Assembly (NCBI GenBank): GCA_041640295.1
Contig: JBEQAR010000002.1
Location: 38,101 to 102,100, forward strand
DNA: 64,000 nucleotides
DNA from: a bacterium
GTDB taxonomy: Bacteria > Patescibacteriota > Minisyncoccia > UBA6257 > HR35
Direction of reading: 5' to 3'
Part shown: one piece after another, positions 8,892 through 17,957 of the stretch
How the letters are laid out: the number at the start of each line of letters is the position of its first letter
Position numbering within the stretch: the first letter of the stretch is position 1
Position numbers and translations under genes: made by a program
The notes under the pieces: model-generated
Seen by the model: the letters and a program-made list of their open reading frames with translations, nothing else
What the model was told of the DNA's origin: nothing
The model's database searches: none

Positions 8892-9380
8892 CTGTTCGAT
8901 CCTAAATTAAATAAGTTAAAATTAAACAAAGTTAGGTTAATTGATGAAAGTGGAAAACAAATAGGTATTTTAGATTTTAGTGAAGCAAAAAAAATTGCTG
9001 AAGAAAAAAATACCGGACTTATTTTAGTTTCAGAAAAAGCTGATCCACCTGTTTTGAAATTAGGCGATTATTTTAAATATATTTATAATTTAAAAAAAAG
9101 ACAAAAAGATAAAGATATTTCCGAAATTAAAGAAATCAGAATTAGTTTTCAGGAGGCTGAGGGTGATTTAAGAAGAAAAGCAAAACAAGCTGAAGAGTTT
9201 TTACAAGAAGGCGATCAAGTAAGAATTAGAATGATGTTAAAAGGTAGGCAAATGTTACACCTTAATTTAGCTGAAGAAAAAATGAATCAATTTATTAGTT
9301 TTATCGAAATACCGATTAAAATTATTTCTACGATTAAAAAAACTGGCAATAATTTATTCGTTATTATTAGTAAAAAATGA
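8892..9380 (+). CDS. infC: Translation initiation factor IF-3. It must use a non-AUG start. The CTG at 8892 is the best in-frame candidate, and the TTG at 9054 used by the ORF track lies inside the gene.
   Basis: The frame is open from the stop at 8886 and encodes ...KVRLIDESGKQIGILDFSEAKKIAEEKNTGLILVSEKADPPVLKLGDY.... This is colinear with the IF3 N-terminal domain and linker, and the C-terminal domain follows. No ATG, GTG or TTG occurs in frame between 8889 and 8940. Confidence 0.8.
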   Translation: MFDPKLNKLKLNKVRLIDESGKQIGILDFSEAKKIAEEKNTGLILVSEKADPPVLKLGDYFKYIYNLKKRQKDKDISEIKEIRISFQEAEGDLRRKAKQAEEFLQEGDQVRIRMMLKGRQMLHLNLAEEKMNQFISFIEIPIKIISTIKKTGNNLFVIISKK

Positions 9381-9556
9381 AAAAGAGAGATGCGCTTTTA
9401 AAAAGAATAAAAATAACTAAGAAAGGAAAGATCTTAAGAAGAGTTAGTGGACTTTCTCATTTTTTAGCTAAAAAATCATCAAAAAAAATTAGAAAGAAAA
9501 GAAAATTAAAAGAAACTAAAGATTTATATTTAAGATATCTTGAATATACAAATTAA
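9377..9556 (+). CDS. rpmI: 50S ribosomal protein L35
   Basis: The 59-aa basic protein MKKRDALLKRIKITKKGKILRRVSGLSHFLAKKSSKKIRKKRKL is L35-like. Its ATG overlaps the infC stop, which matches the canonical infC-rpmI order. It is missing from the ORF track because it is below the length cut-off. Confidence 0.75.
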   Translation: MKKRDALLKRIKITKKGKILRRVSGLSHFLAKKSSKKIRKKRKLKETKDLYLRYLEYTN

Positions 9557-9568
9557 AATAACCCTAAA

Positions 9569-10126
9569 ATGGAAAAAAAATTAAAAATAGTAATTTCCGG
9601 AGCAGCTGAAACCTCTCATTGCTCTGAAAAAGTTAATGAATTTGCTTATGAAATCGGTAAATATTTGGCAATGAACGATGTGATTACTATTACTGGGGCA
9701 ACAACTGGATCACCTTTTTGGGCAGCTAAGGGAGCATTTGAAAATGGCGGATATGTAATTGGTGTCTCTCCAGCAATAGATGAAAAAGAACATATAGAAG
9801 TCTATAATTTGCCAACAGATTATCATCATTTAATTTTTTATACTGGTTTTGGCCATTCTCTAAGAAATTTAATTTTGGTTAGATCTGGTGATGGAGTAAT
9901 ATTTGTTTGTGGTAGAACCGGAACACTGAATGAGTTTGTTATTTCTTATGAAGAAAAAAAACCAATGGGTATTTTATTAAATTCTGGTGGAGAGGAAAAA
10001 TATATGGCAGAGATTGTTAAAGAATCTCATAAAGAGCATAACAAAATAATTTGGGAATCAGATCCTCAAAAATTAGTTGAGAAAATTATTAATTTAATTA
10101 AAAATGAGCGATATTCCAATAATTGA
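9569..10126 (+). CDS. LOG/TIGR00725-family Rossmann-fold protein (lysine-decarboxylase-like)
   Basis: The protein is 185 aa. Its motifs VISGAAE, ITGATTGSPFWAAKGA and CGRTGTLNEF match the LOG-family GGxGxM and PGGxGTxEE patterns. It sits where rplT would normally be. Confidence 0.6.
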   Translation: MEKKLKIVISGAAETSHCSEKVNEFAYEIGKYLAMNDVITITGATTGSPFWAAKGAFENGGYVIGVSPAIDEKEHIEVYNLPTDYHHLIFYTGFGHSLRNLILVRSGDGVIFVCGRTGTLNEFVISYEEKKPMGILLNSGGEEKYMAEIVKESHKEHNKIIWESDPQKLVEKIINLIKNERYSNN

Positions 10127-10523
10127 AATTATTTATCGATTAATTTTAGGAGCAACCATTGGTGCGATTATCGGCGCTGAAAGAAGTTTTTTTCATAAAC
10201 AAGCAGGCTTAAGAACTTTTTCTTTAGTTTGTTTAGGAGCAACCTTGTTTTCGTTAATTGCTCTTAAATTTTCACCAGATGCCAGTTCAAGAATTTTAGC
10301 TAATATTGTTATTGGTATTGGTTTTTTGGGGGGTGGTTTAATTTATTTCTATCAAGAAAAACTTCAAGGAGCAACAACGGCTGCTGCTTTGTGGGTAACA
10401 GCTTCTTTAGGTAGTGCTATTGGTTTAGGATTATATCTTGAAACTTTTTTAGTCGCCTTCTTGGTTGTTCTGATTCTTGCTTTTTTGCCTTATTTAGAAA
10501 AGAAAATTTCTAATGAGAAATAA
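10104..10523 (+). CDS. MgtC/SapB-family membrane protein
   Basis: The protein is 139 aa. It has the MgtC N-terminal domain signature GAERSFFHKQAGLRTFSLV and is predicted to have four TM helices. Confidence 0.65.
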   Translation: MSDIPIIEIIYRLILGATIGAIIGAERSFFHKQAGLRTFSLVCLGATLFSLIALKFSPDASSRILANIVIGIGFLGGGLIYFYQEKLQGATTAAALWVTASLGSAIGLGLYLETFLVAFLVVLILAFLPYLEKKISNEK

Positions 10524-11607
10524 TTTGATTTATGGTTCTTTAATATTGATTAGCACAATTGTTGGTTTAGGAATTTTTACCCTACCTTATATTGCTAAAG
10601 AATCAGGTATATTTTTTTATTTTTGGTTAATTTTTATTCCATTTTTGATTTTTATTTTACATTTAATTTATGGTGAAATAATTTTTCAGGTTGAAGAAAA
10701 ACACAATTTACCAACTTTGGTGGCTAAAATAATTAATCCGAAATTTAAAACCCCGGTTTGGTTTTTTGATTTTGTTGGACTAACGATGGTTTTTATTGTT
10801 TATTTAATAGCAATTAACCAAATTTTAAAAGAAGTTTTTATTATTAATCTTAATTTTAAATTGCTTTGCTCCATTATTATTAGTTTTTTGATTATTTTTA
10901 GAAATAATATATTTGCTAAAGTCGATTCAATTTTGTCGTTTTTATTAATCTTCTTTTTTCTTTTTTTCTTTTTTTATAGTTTTCCGAAAATCAATATTAG
11001 CAATCTTTTACCTCAAGAAAATAATTTCTGGTTAAGTTACGGAGTAATACTTTTTTCATTTGCCGGTTATCAATCTTTGCAGATTATTTATGATCTAATA
11101 GGAAAAAATAAAAAATCTTTTTTAAAAGTAAATTTAATAAGTTTAATTATAGTTTTTTTAATCTATTTACTTTATGTCATTTCAACCCTCGGTTTAGCAG
11201 GAGAGAATATCCCTCCGCTCAGTATAATTTTTTTATTAAACTATTTGGAGAATCTTTATCTTGATTACTTTATTTTAGTTCTCTTCCTTTTAAGTATTTT
11301 AACAACCTTTGTTTCCTTAGCTTATTATCTTAAAAGAGGATTAATTGCTGATTTTAATTTAAATGAAAAATTATCTTGGTTGATTATTAGCCTTTTAATT
11401 GTATTACTTAGTTTCTATAATTTAGATAATTTGATAAGAATAATTAGATTAATAGGTAGTTTATTTATTGGTATCAATTTAATTCTTATTATGGTTTGTT
11501 ATCTTAAATTAAAAAATTTATACTATTTTAAATTTTCTAAAATAATTATTTATTTGTTGATTGTAATTTTTGGTTTAGGTTGGTTGTTCAACTTATTAGT
11601 TGAGTAA
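10513..11607 (+). CDS. Polytopic integral membrane protein, possibly a permease, of unknown function
   Basis: The protein is 364 aa and has about 10 hydrophobic segments. I recognised no catalytic motif. Confidence 0.5.
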   Translation: MRNNLIYGSLILISTIVGLGIFTLPYIAKESGIFFYFWLIFIPFLIFILHLIYGEIIFQVEEKHNLPTLVAKIINPKFKTPVWFFDFVGLTMVFIVYLIAINQILKEVFIINLNFKLLCSIIISFLIIFRNNIFAKVDSILSFLLIFFFLFFFFYSFPKINISNLLPQENNFWLSYGVILFSFAGYQSLQIIYDLIGKNKKSFLKVNLISLIIVFLIYLLYVISTLGLAGENIPPLSIIFLLNYLENLYLDYFILVLFLLSILTTFVSLAYYLKRGLIADFNLNEKLSWLIISLLIVLLSFYNLDNLIRIIRLIGSLFIGINLILIMVCYLKLKNLYYFKFSKIIIYLLIVIFGLGWLFNLLVE

Positions 11608-11630
11608 GCTGTGATATAATTAATATTTAA

Positions 11631-11703
11631 GGGCTCGTAGCTCAGTTGGTAGAGCACTGCTATGGCATGGCAGGGGTCGCGGGTTCGAGTCCCGCCGAGT
11701 CCA
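11631..11703 (+). tRNA. tRNA-Ala (anticodon GGC)
   Basis: It folds as a cloverleaf. The anticodon loop AUGGCAU has U33 and A37. The acceptor stem carries the Ala identity pair G3:U70. The T-loop is UUCGAGU, and no CCA is encoded. Confidence 0.85.
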
Positions 11704-11744
11704 CAAAATTTTAATTTATTTTAAATAAAATAATAATCAATAAG

Positions 11745-11818
11745 CGGGGTGTGGCCTAACGGATTAAGGCGCTTGGTTTGGGACCAAGAGATTGTGGGTT
11801 CGAATCCCACCACCCCGA
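11745..11818 (+). tRNA. tRNA-Pro (anticodon UGG)
   Basis: The acceptor stem is CGGGGUG/CACCCCG. The anticodon loop is UUUGGGA, with G37. The T-loop is UUCGAAU. Confidence 0.85.
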
Positions 11819-11964
11819 GTTTTATTTTGTCTCTTTATTTTTAAATATTTTTTTGATATAATTTAATATATATTAAAAATAAACTAATAAGTTATTCAAT
11901 CATAATATTTAATTAGCAATAAACAAAAATTGCGAAGGTTTATTTTATTTTACCAAAATAAATA

Positions 11965-12171
11965 ATGAAAAAAGAAGTTGTTGAAGGTATAGTTATTGAA
12001 AATCTTCCCGATACTACTTTTAGAGTTAGATTAGAAAATGGTAATGAAGTGTTGGCTTATTTGTCGGGAAAGATGAGAGTTAACTATATTAAAATTGTGC
12101 CAGGAGATGAAGTAGTTGTTGAACTATCTCCTTATGATAAAACGCGAGGAAGAATAATTAAAAGAAAATAA
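11965..12171 (+). CDS. infA: Translation initiation factor IF-1
   Basis: The 68-aa S1-like OB protein reads [32 protein letters not shown]. Confidence 0.9.
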   Translation: MKKEVVEGIVIENLPDTTFRVRLENGNEVLAYLSGKMRVNYIKIVPGDEVVVELSPYDKTRGRIIKRK

Positions 12172-12177
12172 TCAAAA

Positions 12178-12291
12178 ATGAAAGTAACAACTTCAGTTAA
12201 AAAAAGGTGTAATAAATGTAAGGTCGTTAGAAGAAATAAGAGAATTTATATTATTTGTGAAAATCCAAAACACAAACAAAGACAAGGATAA
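12178..12291 (+). CDS. rpmJ: 50S ribosomal protein L36
   Basis: The 37-aa protein is [37 protein letters not shown]. It has the CxxC...C...H zinc ribbon and lies between infA and rpsM. It is below the ORF-track size cut-off. Confidence 0.85.
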   Translation: MKVTTSVKKRCNKCKVVRRNKRIYIICENPKHKQRQG

Positions 12292-12674
12292 TGGTTAGAA
12301 TAGCTGGTTCAGAAATTCCTAATGAGAAAAGATTAAAATTTTCTTTACCATATATTTATGGGATTGGTGTTAGTTTGGCAGAAAAAATTTGCCAAGAATT
12401 AAACATTGATCCAATGAAAAAAACTGCAGATTTGACTCCAGAAGAAATTGGTAAGATAGAAAAGTACATTGATGATAATCTAAAAATTGGTAATGAACTT
12501 AAAAGAGAAATTCAAACAAATATTAAAAGATTAATTGAAATAAATTGCTATCGTGGCTTAAGACATAAAAGAAAATTACCAGTCAGAGGACAAAGAACTA
12601 GAACTAATGCTCGTACCAGAAAGGGTCCAAGAAAAACAGTCGGATCAGGAAGAGTAAAAATCACTAAAAAATAA
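12291..12674 (+). CDS. rpsM: 30S ribosomal protein S13
   Basis: The N-terminus [15 protein letters not shown] and the basic tail GLRHKRKLPVRGQRTRTNARTRKG match S13. Confidence 0.9.
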   Translation: MVRIAGSEIPNEKRLKFSLPYIYGIGVSLAEKICQELNIDPMKKTADLTPEEIGKIEKYIDDNLKIGNELKREIQTNIKRLIEINCYRGLRHKRKLPVRGQRTRTNARTRKGPRKTVGSGRVKITKK

Positions 12675-13108
12675 TGGGTAAAACAAGGACAAAATTAGTT
12701 GAAGGAGGAGAAGTAAAAGAAGTTAAGAAAGAAAAAACCAAAAAAAGCAAGAAAAAATATTTAGATTTAGGTATTTTTTATATTAATGCTAATTTAAATA
12801 ATACATTAATAACTTTTACTGATGCTCAAGGAAATGTTTTAAAATGGTCATCTGCTGGTCATATCGGTTTTAAAAATACAAAAAAATCAACACCTTATGC
12901 TGGAGCAAAAGCTGCTGAGGGGTTAATTAATAAAATTAAAGAATTTTTTGATGTTAATGAAGTTAAGGTAATCGTTAAGGGTATTGGACCGGGTCGAGAA
13001 TCGGCTTTAAGAATTATTTTTAATTCTGATTTTAATATAACCGCTGTCGAAGATCGGACACCCATTCCTTTTGGTGGTCCGACACCACCCAAACCAAGAA
13101 GTGTTTAA
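12674..13108 (+). CDS. rpsK: 30S ribosomal protein S11
   Basis: The S11 core includes ...GIFYINANLNNTLITFTDAQGNVLKWSSAG.... It has a Lys-rich N-terminal extension. Confidence 0.9.
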   Translation: MGKTRTKLVEGGEVKEVKKEKTKKSKKKYLDLGIFYINANLNNTLITFTDAQGNVLKWSSAGHIGFKNTKKSTPYAGAKAAEGLINKIKEFFDVNEVKVIVKGIGPGRESALRIIFNSDFNITAVEDRTPIPFGGPTPPKPRSV

Positions 13109-13110
13109 AA

Positions 13111-13728
13111 ATGAAAATCGAAGCTAAGTGTAAAATTTGCCGAAGATTAGGACAAAAACTTTTATGGAATGAACGATGTGCTTCTGGTAAATGTGCTTTA
13201 AGTCGAAGAAGAGTTAGACCAGGAATGCATGGTTATAAACCAAGAACTCTTTCAGATTACGCTCGACAATTAATTGAAAAGCAAAAATTAAGATATTTTT
13301 ATATTTTGAAAGAAAATCAATTAAAAAATATTTTTGAAAAGGCAAAAAAACTTAAAGAACCACTTCCTTCAGCAATAATTAAAATTTTAGAAAGCAAATT
13401 GGATATTGTTATTTGGAGATTAGGTTATACAAGCTCTAAACTTCAAGCCAGACAATTAGTTAATCATGGTCATTTTTTAGTTAATGGTGAAAAAGTTAAC
13501 ATCCCCACTTATTTTTTAAAACCAGGTGATATTATTGAGATTAAACCGAAAAGTAAAAATTTGGCTATCTTTAAAGACTTAAATAAAAAATTAAAATCTT
13601 ATCAAATACCTTCTTGGTTAAAAATAAATTTCGATAATTTAACTGGAGAATTTAATCGCTATCCTGAATTAGAAGAGGTAAATTTACCTTTTGATATTCA
13701 ATTAGCTTTACAACTTTATGGTAAATAG
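13111..13728 (+). CDS. rpsD: 30S ribosomal protein S4
   Basis: It has an N-terminal Cys4 zinc ribbon (CKICRR...CASGKC). The S4 domain includes GYTSSKLQARQLVNHGHFLVNG. Confidence 0.9.
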   Translation: MKIEAKCKICRRLGQKLLWNERCASGKCALSRRRVRPGMHGYKPRTLSDYARQLIEKQKLRYFYILKENQLKNIFEKAKKLKEPLPSAIIKILESKLDIVIWRLGYTSSKLQARQLVNHGHFLVNGEKVNIPTYFLKPGDIIEIKPKSKNLAIFKDLNKKLKSYQIPSWLKINFDNLTGEFNRYPELEEVNLPFDIQLALQLYGK

Positions 13729-13755
13729 TCGAACTTAAAAATTAAAATTTTAACA

Positions 13756-14454
13756 ATGATAAAAGAAATTATTATCCCAGACAATTTTAAAATAGTCTCA
13801 CTGGAAAAAAATAAAGGTATATTTGAGATTTACCCTCTTTATCCTGGATATGGAATAACTATTGGTAATTCTTTAAGAAGAGTTTTGCTTTCTTCGATCA
13901 AAGGATCAGCAATTACTACTGTTCATATCGATGGGGTATTGCATGAATTTTCTACGCTGCCAGGAGTATTAGAAGATGTTTTAGATATTATTTTGAGAAT
14001 AAAGCATATTAGGGTAAAATATTTAGGCGATGATAGTGTTGAATTGGAATTAAATAAAAAAGGCGAAGGTGAAGTTTTTGCTTCTGATATTAAATGCCCT
14101 GTTGGTGTTGAAATTGTTAATAAAGACCATCTAATTGCTACTTTAACTTCAAAAGATGCCGAATTAAAAATGAAACTAATTGTAGAAAGAGGTTGTGGTT
14201 ATTCACCTGCTGAGGAAAGAGAAAAAGAAAGAGTTGAACCGGGCACTTTAGTTTTAGATGCAATTTTTTCACCGATTACTAATGTTACTTATGAAGTAGA
14301 AAATATTGTTTATAAAGAGCGAGCTGATTACAATTTATTAAGATTAGTAATTGAAACTGATGGAAGTATTGATCCTGTTGATGCTCTTAAAGAAGCTACG
14401 GGCGTTTTAATTAAACATTTTTCTGTTATCAATGAGGCATTTGGTCAAAACTAA
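13756..14454 (+). CDS. rpoA: DNA-directed RNA polymerase alpha subunit, N-terminal domain only (232 aa)
   Basis: It is colinear with the RpoA N-terminal domain (GYGITIGNSLRRVLLSSIKG...). It ends right after the dimerisation/assembly domain, and no alpha C-terminal domain is encoded. Confidence 0.85.
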   Translation: MIKEIIIPDNFKIVSLEKNKGIFEIYPLYPGYGITIGNSLRRVLLSSIKGSAITTVHIDGVLHEFSTLPGVLEDVLDIILRIKHIRVKYLGDDSVELELNKKGEGEVFASDIKCPVGVEIVNKDHLIATLTSKDAELKMKLIVERGCGYSPAEEREKERVEPGTLVLDAIFSPITNVTYEVENIVYKERADYNLLRLVIETDGSIDPVDALKEATGVLIKHFSVINEAFGQN

Positions 14455-14782
14455 AAAATTCCATAGAAAGAGAGACCAAAGAAAAGCTTTGTTTAAAATT
14501 TTAGCTCACCATTTGATTATGAAAGAAAAAATAAAAACGACAACAGCTAAAGCTAAATATTTAAAAAGAAAAGTAGAAAAATTAATAACCAAAGCAAAAA
14601 AACAAGATTTAAGTACTTTAAGATTATTGTTAAGTCGATTGCCTAAAAAATCTGCTTATAAATTATTTTATGAAATTGCCCCTCGTTATCAAGAAAGAAA
14701 CGGTGGGTATTTAAGAGTAGTTAAATTACCATTAAAAAGATTAAAAGACGGAGCGGAATTAAGTATTATTGAATTTGTTTAA
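14432..14782 (+). CDS. rplQ: 50S ribosomal protein L17
   Basis: The N-terminus MRHLVKTKKFHRKRDQRKALF and the motif GGYLRVVKL match L17. It overlaps the rpoA 3' end by 23 nt. Confidence 0.85.
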   Translation: MRHLVKTKKFHRKRDQRKALFKILAHHLIMKEKIKTTTAKAKYLKRKVEKLITKAKKQDLSTLRLLLSRLPKKSAYKLFYEIAPRYQERNGGYLRVVKLPLKRLKDGAELSIIEFV

Positions 14783-15072
14783 TGTTAGTTATTAGATTTC
14801 AACCAGTAGGAAAAAAACATCAAAAAATTTTTAGAATTGTTTTACAAGAAAAAAGAAGTAAATTGTCTGGAAAAGTGATTAAAAAATTAGGTTGGTGGGA
14901 TCCAAGAATAAAAAAAGGAGAATTTAATTCTGATTTAATAAGATTTTATATTCAAAATGGTGCTCAAGTTTCTGATAGTGTTTGGAATTTATTAATTAAG
15001 AAAAAGGTTATTGAGGGTAAAAAAAGAAAAATAACTATTAAAAGCAAGAAAAATAAAGATGAAAACTCCTAA
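14782..15072 (+). CDS. rpsP: 30S ribosomal protein S16
   Basis: The N-terminus MLVIRFQPVGKKHQKIFRIVLQEKRSKLSGKVIKKLGWWDP is S16-like. Confidence 0.8.
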   Translation: MLVIRFQPVGKKHQKIFRIVLQEKRSKLSGKVIKKLGWWDPRIKKGEFNSDLIRFYIQNGAQVSDSVWNLLIKKKVIEGKKRKITIKSKKNKDENS

Positions 15073-16348
15073 AATTTTAAAATCAGAATCAGGTTTAACT
15101 TATTTGCTTTATTCATCTAATGAGCTGAATACAGCCACTGTTTTAGTTTTAGTTAAAACTGGCACTGATTATGAAACAAAAAATTTAAATGGCATTTCCC
15201 ATTTCATTGAACATTTGTTTTTTAAAGGAACAACAACTTACCCTTCACCCAAAATTTTGGGTTTAGAATTAGATAAAATTGGAGCTGAATATAATGCTTT
15301 TACTTCTTATGAATATACCGGTTATTATATAAAAACCTTACCCGAATATTTAGAAAGAGCAATTTACTTAATCTCTGATATTCTTAATAATCCCCTTTTC
15401 GACCAGTCAGAATTAGAAAAAGAAAGGGGAGTTATTTTAGAAGAAATTAATTTTCACTATGATACACCAACTAGTTTTGTTTTTGATGAAACTCTTAAGT
15501 TAGCTTATGGTGATCAACCAGCTGGTTGGCCAATATTAGGTAATAAGCAAACTCTTACGAGAATTAATCAAAAGGAAATAAAAAATTATTTTCGCTCTAA
15601 CTATACTACTAAGAATACTTTAATAGTTATTGTTGGGAATTTTAATATTAAAAAAATTAATAAAAAATTTTTAGATCAAGCTTTTAAAAATTATTCTAAA
15701 ACTAAACCACCAACTAAATATAAATTTCAAGAAAAACTTTCTGGTCCTAAAATGAAAACGATTAAAAGAAATGATATTAAGCAAAGTCATTTAATCTTAC
15801 TTTTTAAAACTAACGGTTTACAAAAATTAAAAAAAAGAAGATTTTCTTTAAGTTTATTAACCAGTATTTTGGGTTACGGTTTTAGTTCAAGAATGTTTGT
15901 TATATTACGAGAAGAATTAGGTATTACTTATTATGTTAGAGTGAATAATGATTTTTACACTGATCGTGGATATCTTTATATTCAAACTGGATCAACTATT
16001 GAAAAAACTAATTTAACTTTTGAAAAAATTATCAATGAATTAGTTAAATTAAAAAAAGAAAAATTATCTGCCGAAGAGATAGAAAAAGCTAAAGCTTTAT
16101 TAGAATCATCAATTCTTTTTACTGCTGAATCATCGCTTCCTATTGCTTTGTTTTATGGATTAGAGTATTTATTAAATAATAGGATTATTTTACCTCAAGA
16201 TTACCTTAAACAAATTAAAGCTATTAAGGAAAATGAAGTAAAAAGAGAAATTTATGATTGGTTACATAAGAAAAATTTAATATCCGTTATTTTGAGTTCT
16301 CAAGATTTTCAACCACAGCCTTTTTTAAAAACAATTAATAAATTATAA
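15059..16348 (+). CDS. M16-family (pitrilysin/insulinase-like) zinc peptidase
   Basis: It has the inverted zincin motif HFIEHLFFKGT (HxxEH) with a downstream Glu. At 429 aa it has the typical M16 length. Confidence 0.75.
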   Translation: MKTPKILKSESGLTYLLYSSNELNTATVLVLVKTGTDYETKNLNGISHFIEHLFFKGTTTYPSPKILGLELDKIGAEYNAFTSYEYTGYYIKTLPEYLERAIYLISDILNNPLFDQSELEKERGVILEEINFHYDTPTSFVFDETLKLAYGDQPAGWPILGNKQTLTRINQKEIKNYFRSNYTTKNTLIVIVGNFNIKKINKKFLDQAFKNYSKTKPPTKYKFQEKLSGPKMKTIKRNDIKQSHLILLFKTNGLQKLKKRRFSLSLLTSILGYGFSSRMFVILREELGITYYVRVNNDFYTDRGYLYIQTGSTIEKTNLTFEKIINELVKLKKEKLSAEEIEKAKALLESSILFTAESSLPIALFYGLEYLLNNRIILPQDYLKQIKAIKENEVKREIYDWLHKKNLISVILSSQDFQPQPFLKTINKL

Positions 16349-16361
16349 TTATTTCTGAACA

Positions 16362-16628
16362 ATGCCTATAACCAAATCAGCAAAAAAAGAATTAAGAAAA
16401 AATTTAAAGAGAAGACTGAGAAATTTAGAAAAAAGAAGATTAATCAAAAAAACAATTAAGAATTTTTATCAAGCTTTGATGAATAAAAATAAAGAAGAGG
16501 CAGAAAAACTGTTGACTTTATGTTATAAATATCTTGATAAAGCAAGCAAAACTTTTCTTCATAAAAATAAAGCCTCGCGCTTAAAATCTAAATTAGCAAA
16601 AAAATTTAATCTAACTTTTAATAAATAA
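16362..16628 (+). CDS. rpsT: 30S ribosomal protein S20
   Basis: The 88-aa basic helical protein begins MPITKSAKKELRKNLKRRLRNLEKRR. Confidence 0.8.
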   Translation: MPITKSAKKELRKNLKRRLRNLEKRRLIKKTIKNFYQALMNKNKEEAEKLLTLCYKYLDKASKTFLHKNKASRLKSKLAKKFNLTFNK

Positions 16629-17832
16629 CTTTTTTATTAACCAATAAACCCCTTTGATCATAAATTTTTATTTCATCATATTTGTTCTGGGTAAAAGTAG
16701 TAATATCAGGAATAAAGATAAACCAGTCTTTTAAGTAAAAATTTGAATCATTTTTTCTATTTTGATAACAGCCTTGATAAGTGTAATTATTTTCGAAAAA
16801 TCTATAACAACTTGAATCAAAATCAATTTTTAGCCAGTCTTGAGGTTTAGGTCCAGAACAGGGAATTTTTTCTAAAATATTTAAACAATTATTAGATAGC
16901 CGATATTTATATTTAATCTCAAGTAATTGTTGTTTAGTTAATCTTTCACAAGGAAAAACAAAATTTTTTAAATATGGTTTTAATTCCCCTCTCGATTCGG
17001 CTAAATATTTAAAACATTTGTTTAATTTAAAGTTATATCCTAAGGGCGAATTATAAAGATTAGAATAAATAATTGCGCGTTCTCCTGGATTAAGAAGAAT
17101 ATTTTCTAATTTAATATTTAAATCAGGAGGAATATCTTTTACTGCCTGAGGAATAAAAAAATTAGCTCTAGAAGAAATAATACGCCAACCAGTTAGATTA
17201 ATTTGATTTTTACTTTTATTTTTAAGAATTATTTGGTCTTTTTTAAAATTGATATCAATGCTAATATCTTGATAAAAAGGAGAAATATTGGTATAAAGAT
17301 AAGCAACAGCTGGTGTTGGATCAATTTCATAATTTTTATTAATTGCTCGAACATAGATAGTGTAGAAATTTGTTCCTTTGGGCAAGGAAAATCTTCTTTG
17401 TTGACCATATAATTTTTGCCACTCAGTATGAATTGGCTCTATTTTATATTCGAAATATATTCTTTCTAAGGGATTCTTTTTATTTTGTCCAGAAACAACT
17501 AAATCAAAAATATTATTTTCTAATATTGTTAAAGGTAGGGGGTTAATTATGGAGGTTTCTAAATTTTTATTTGGTTTATATTTTGCTTTTGATTGAGCAT
17601 AAACTTTATTTAAAAATAAATAAGGTAATTTCTCTTTTGGTTTATTTTTTTCAAAATCAAAAAAAGTTCCCCTTGGTAAAACCCCTCGCTCTGCTGGTTC
17701 AATATTTTTTTTAGTTTTAAAAACAGGCACCGAGCCAGTTTTAAATTGGAAATAATAAATAACTAAAGATAAAAATAGGAGAATATAGACTATGCTGATA
17801 ATCAAGCTTTCTAATTGTCCCTTATTTTTCAT
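16618..17832 (-). CDS. Membrane-anchored protein with a lamin-tail-domain (LTD)-like region
   Basis: It has an N-terminal TM helix. The LTD-like segment reads NQINLTGWRIISSRANFFIP...LLNPGERAIIYSN. Confidence 0.5.
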   Translation of the reverse strand: MKNKGQLESLIISIVYILLFLSLVIYYFQFKTGSVPVFKTKKNIEPAERGVLPRGTFFDFEKNKPKEKLPYLFLNKVYAQSKAKYKPNKNLETSIINPLPLTILENNIFDLVVSGQNKKNPLERIYFEYKIEPIHTEWQKLYGQQRRFSLPKGTNFYTIYVRAINKNYEIDPTPAVAYLYTNISPFYQDISIDINFKKDQIILKNKSKNQINLTGWRIISSRANFFIPQAVKDIPPDLNIKLENILLNPGERAIIYSNLYNSPLGYNFKLNKCFKYLAESRGELKPYLKNFVFPCERLTKQQLLEIKYKYRLSNNCLNILEKIPCSGPKPQDWLKIDFDSSCYRFFENNYTYQGCYQNRKNDSNFYLKDWFIFIPDITTFTQNKYDEIKIYDQRGLLVNKKVIY

Positions 17833-17957
17833 TAGAATTTTAAATTAAAATCTATTATAATTATTATCTATTGTCATTTTTCTTATTATTTAAATTATAA
17901 GCTTAAATTTTAATTGAATGAATTTTTGAATTAAGTATTTTAAAGCACAATTAAAAA

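Noticed and set aside
9054-9380. Track ORF starting at the TTG at 9054 as the infC start
   Set aside because: The IF3 N-terminal domain is encoded in frame upstream, so this ORF is an N-terminally truncated call.
16618-16628. Terminator between the convergent rpsT and LTD-protein genes
   Set aside because: The two genes overlap by 11 nt, so there is no room for a hairpin.
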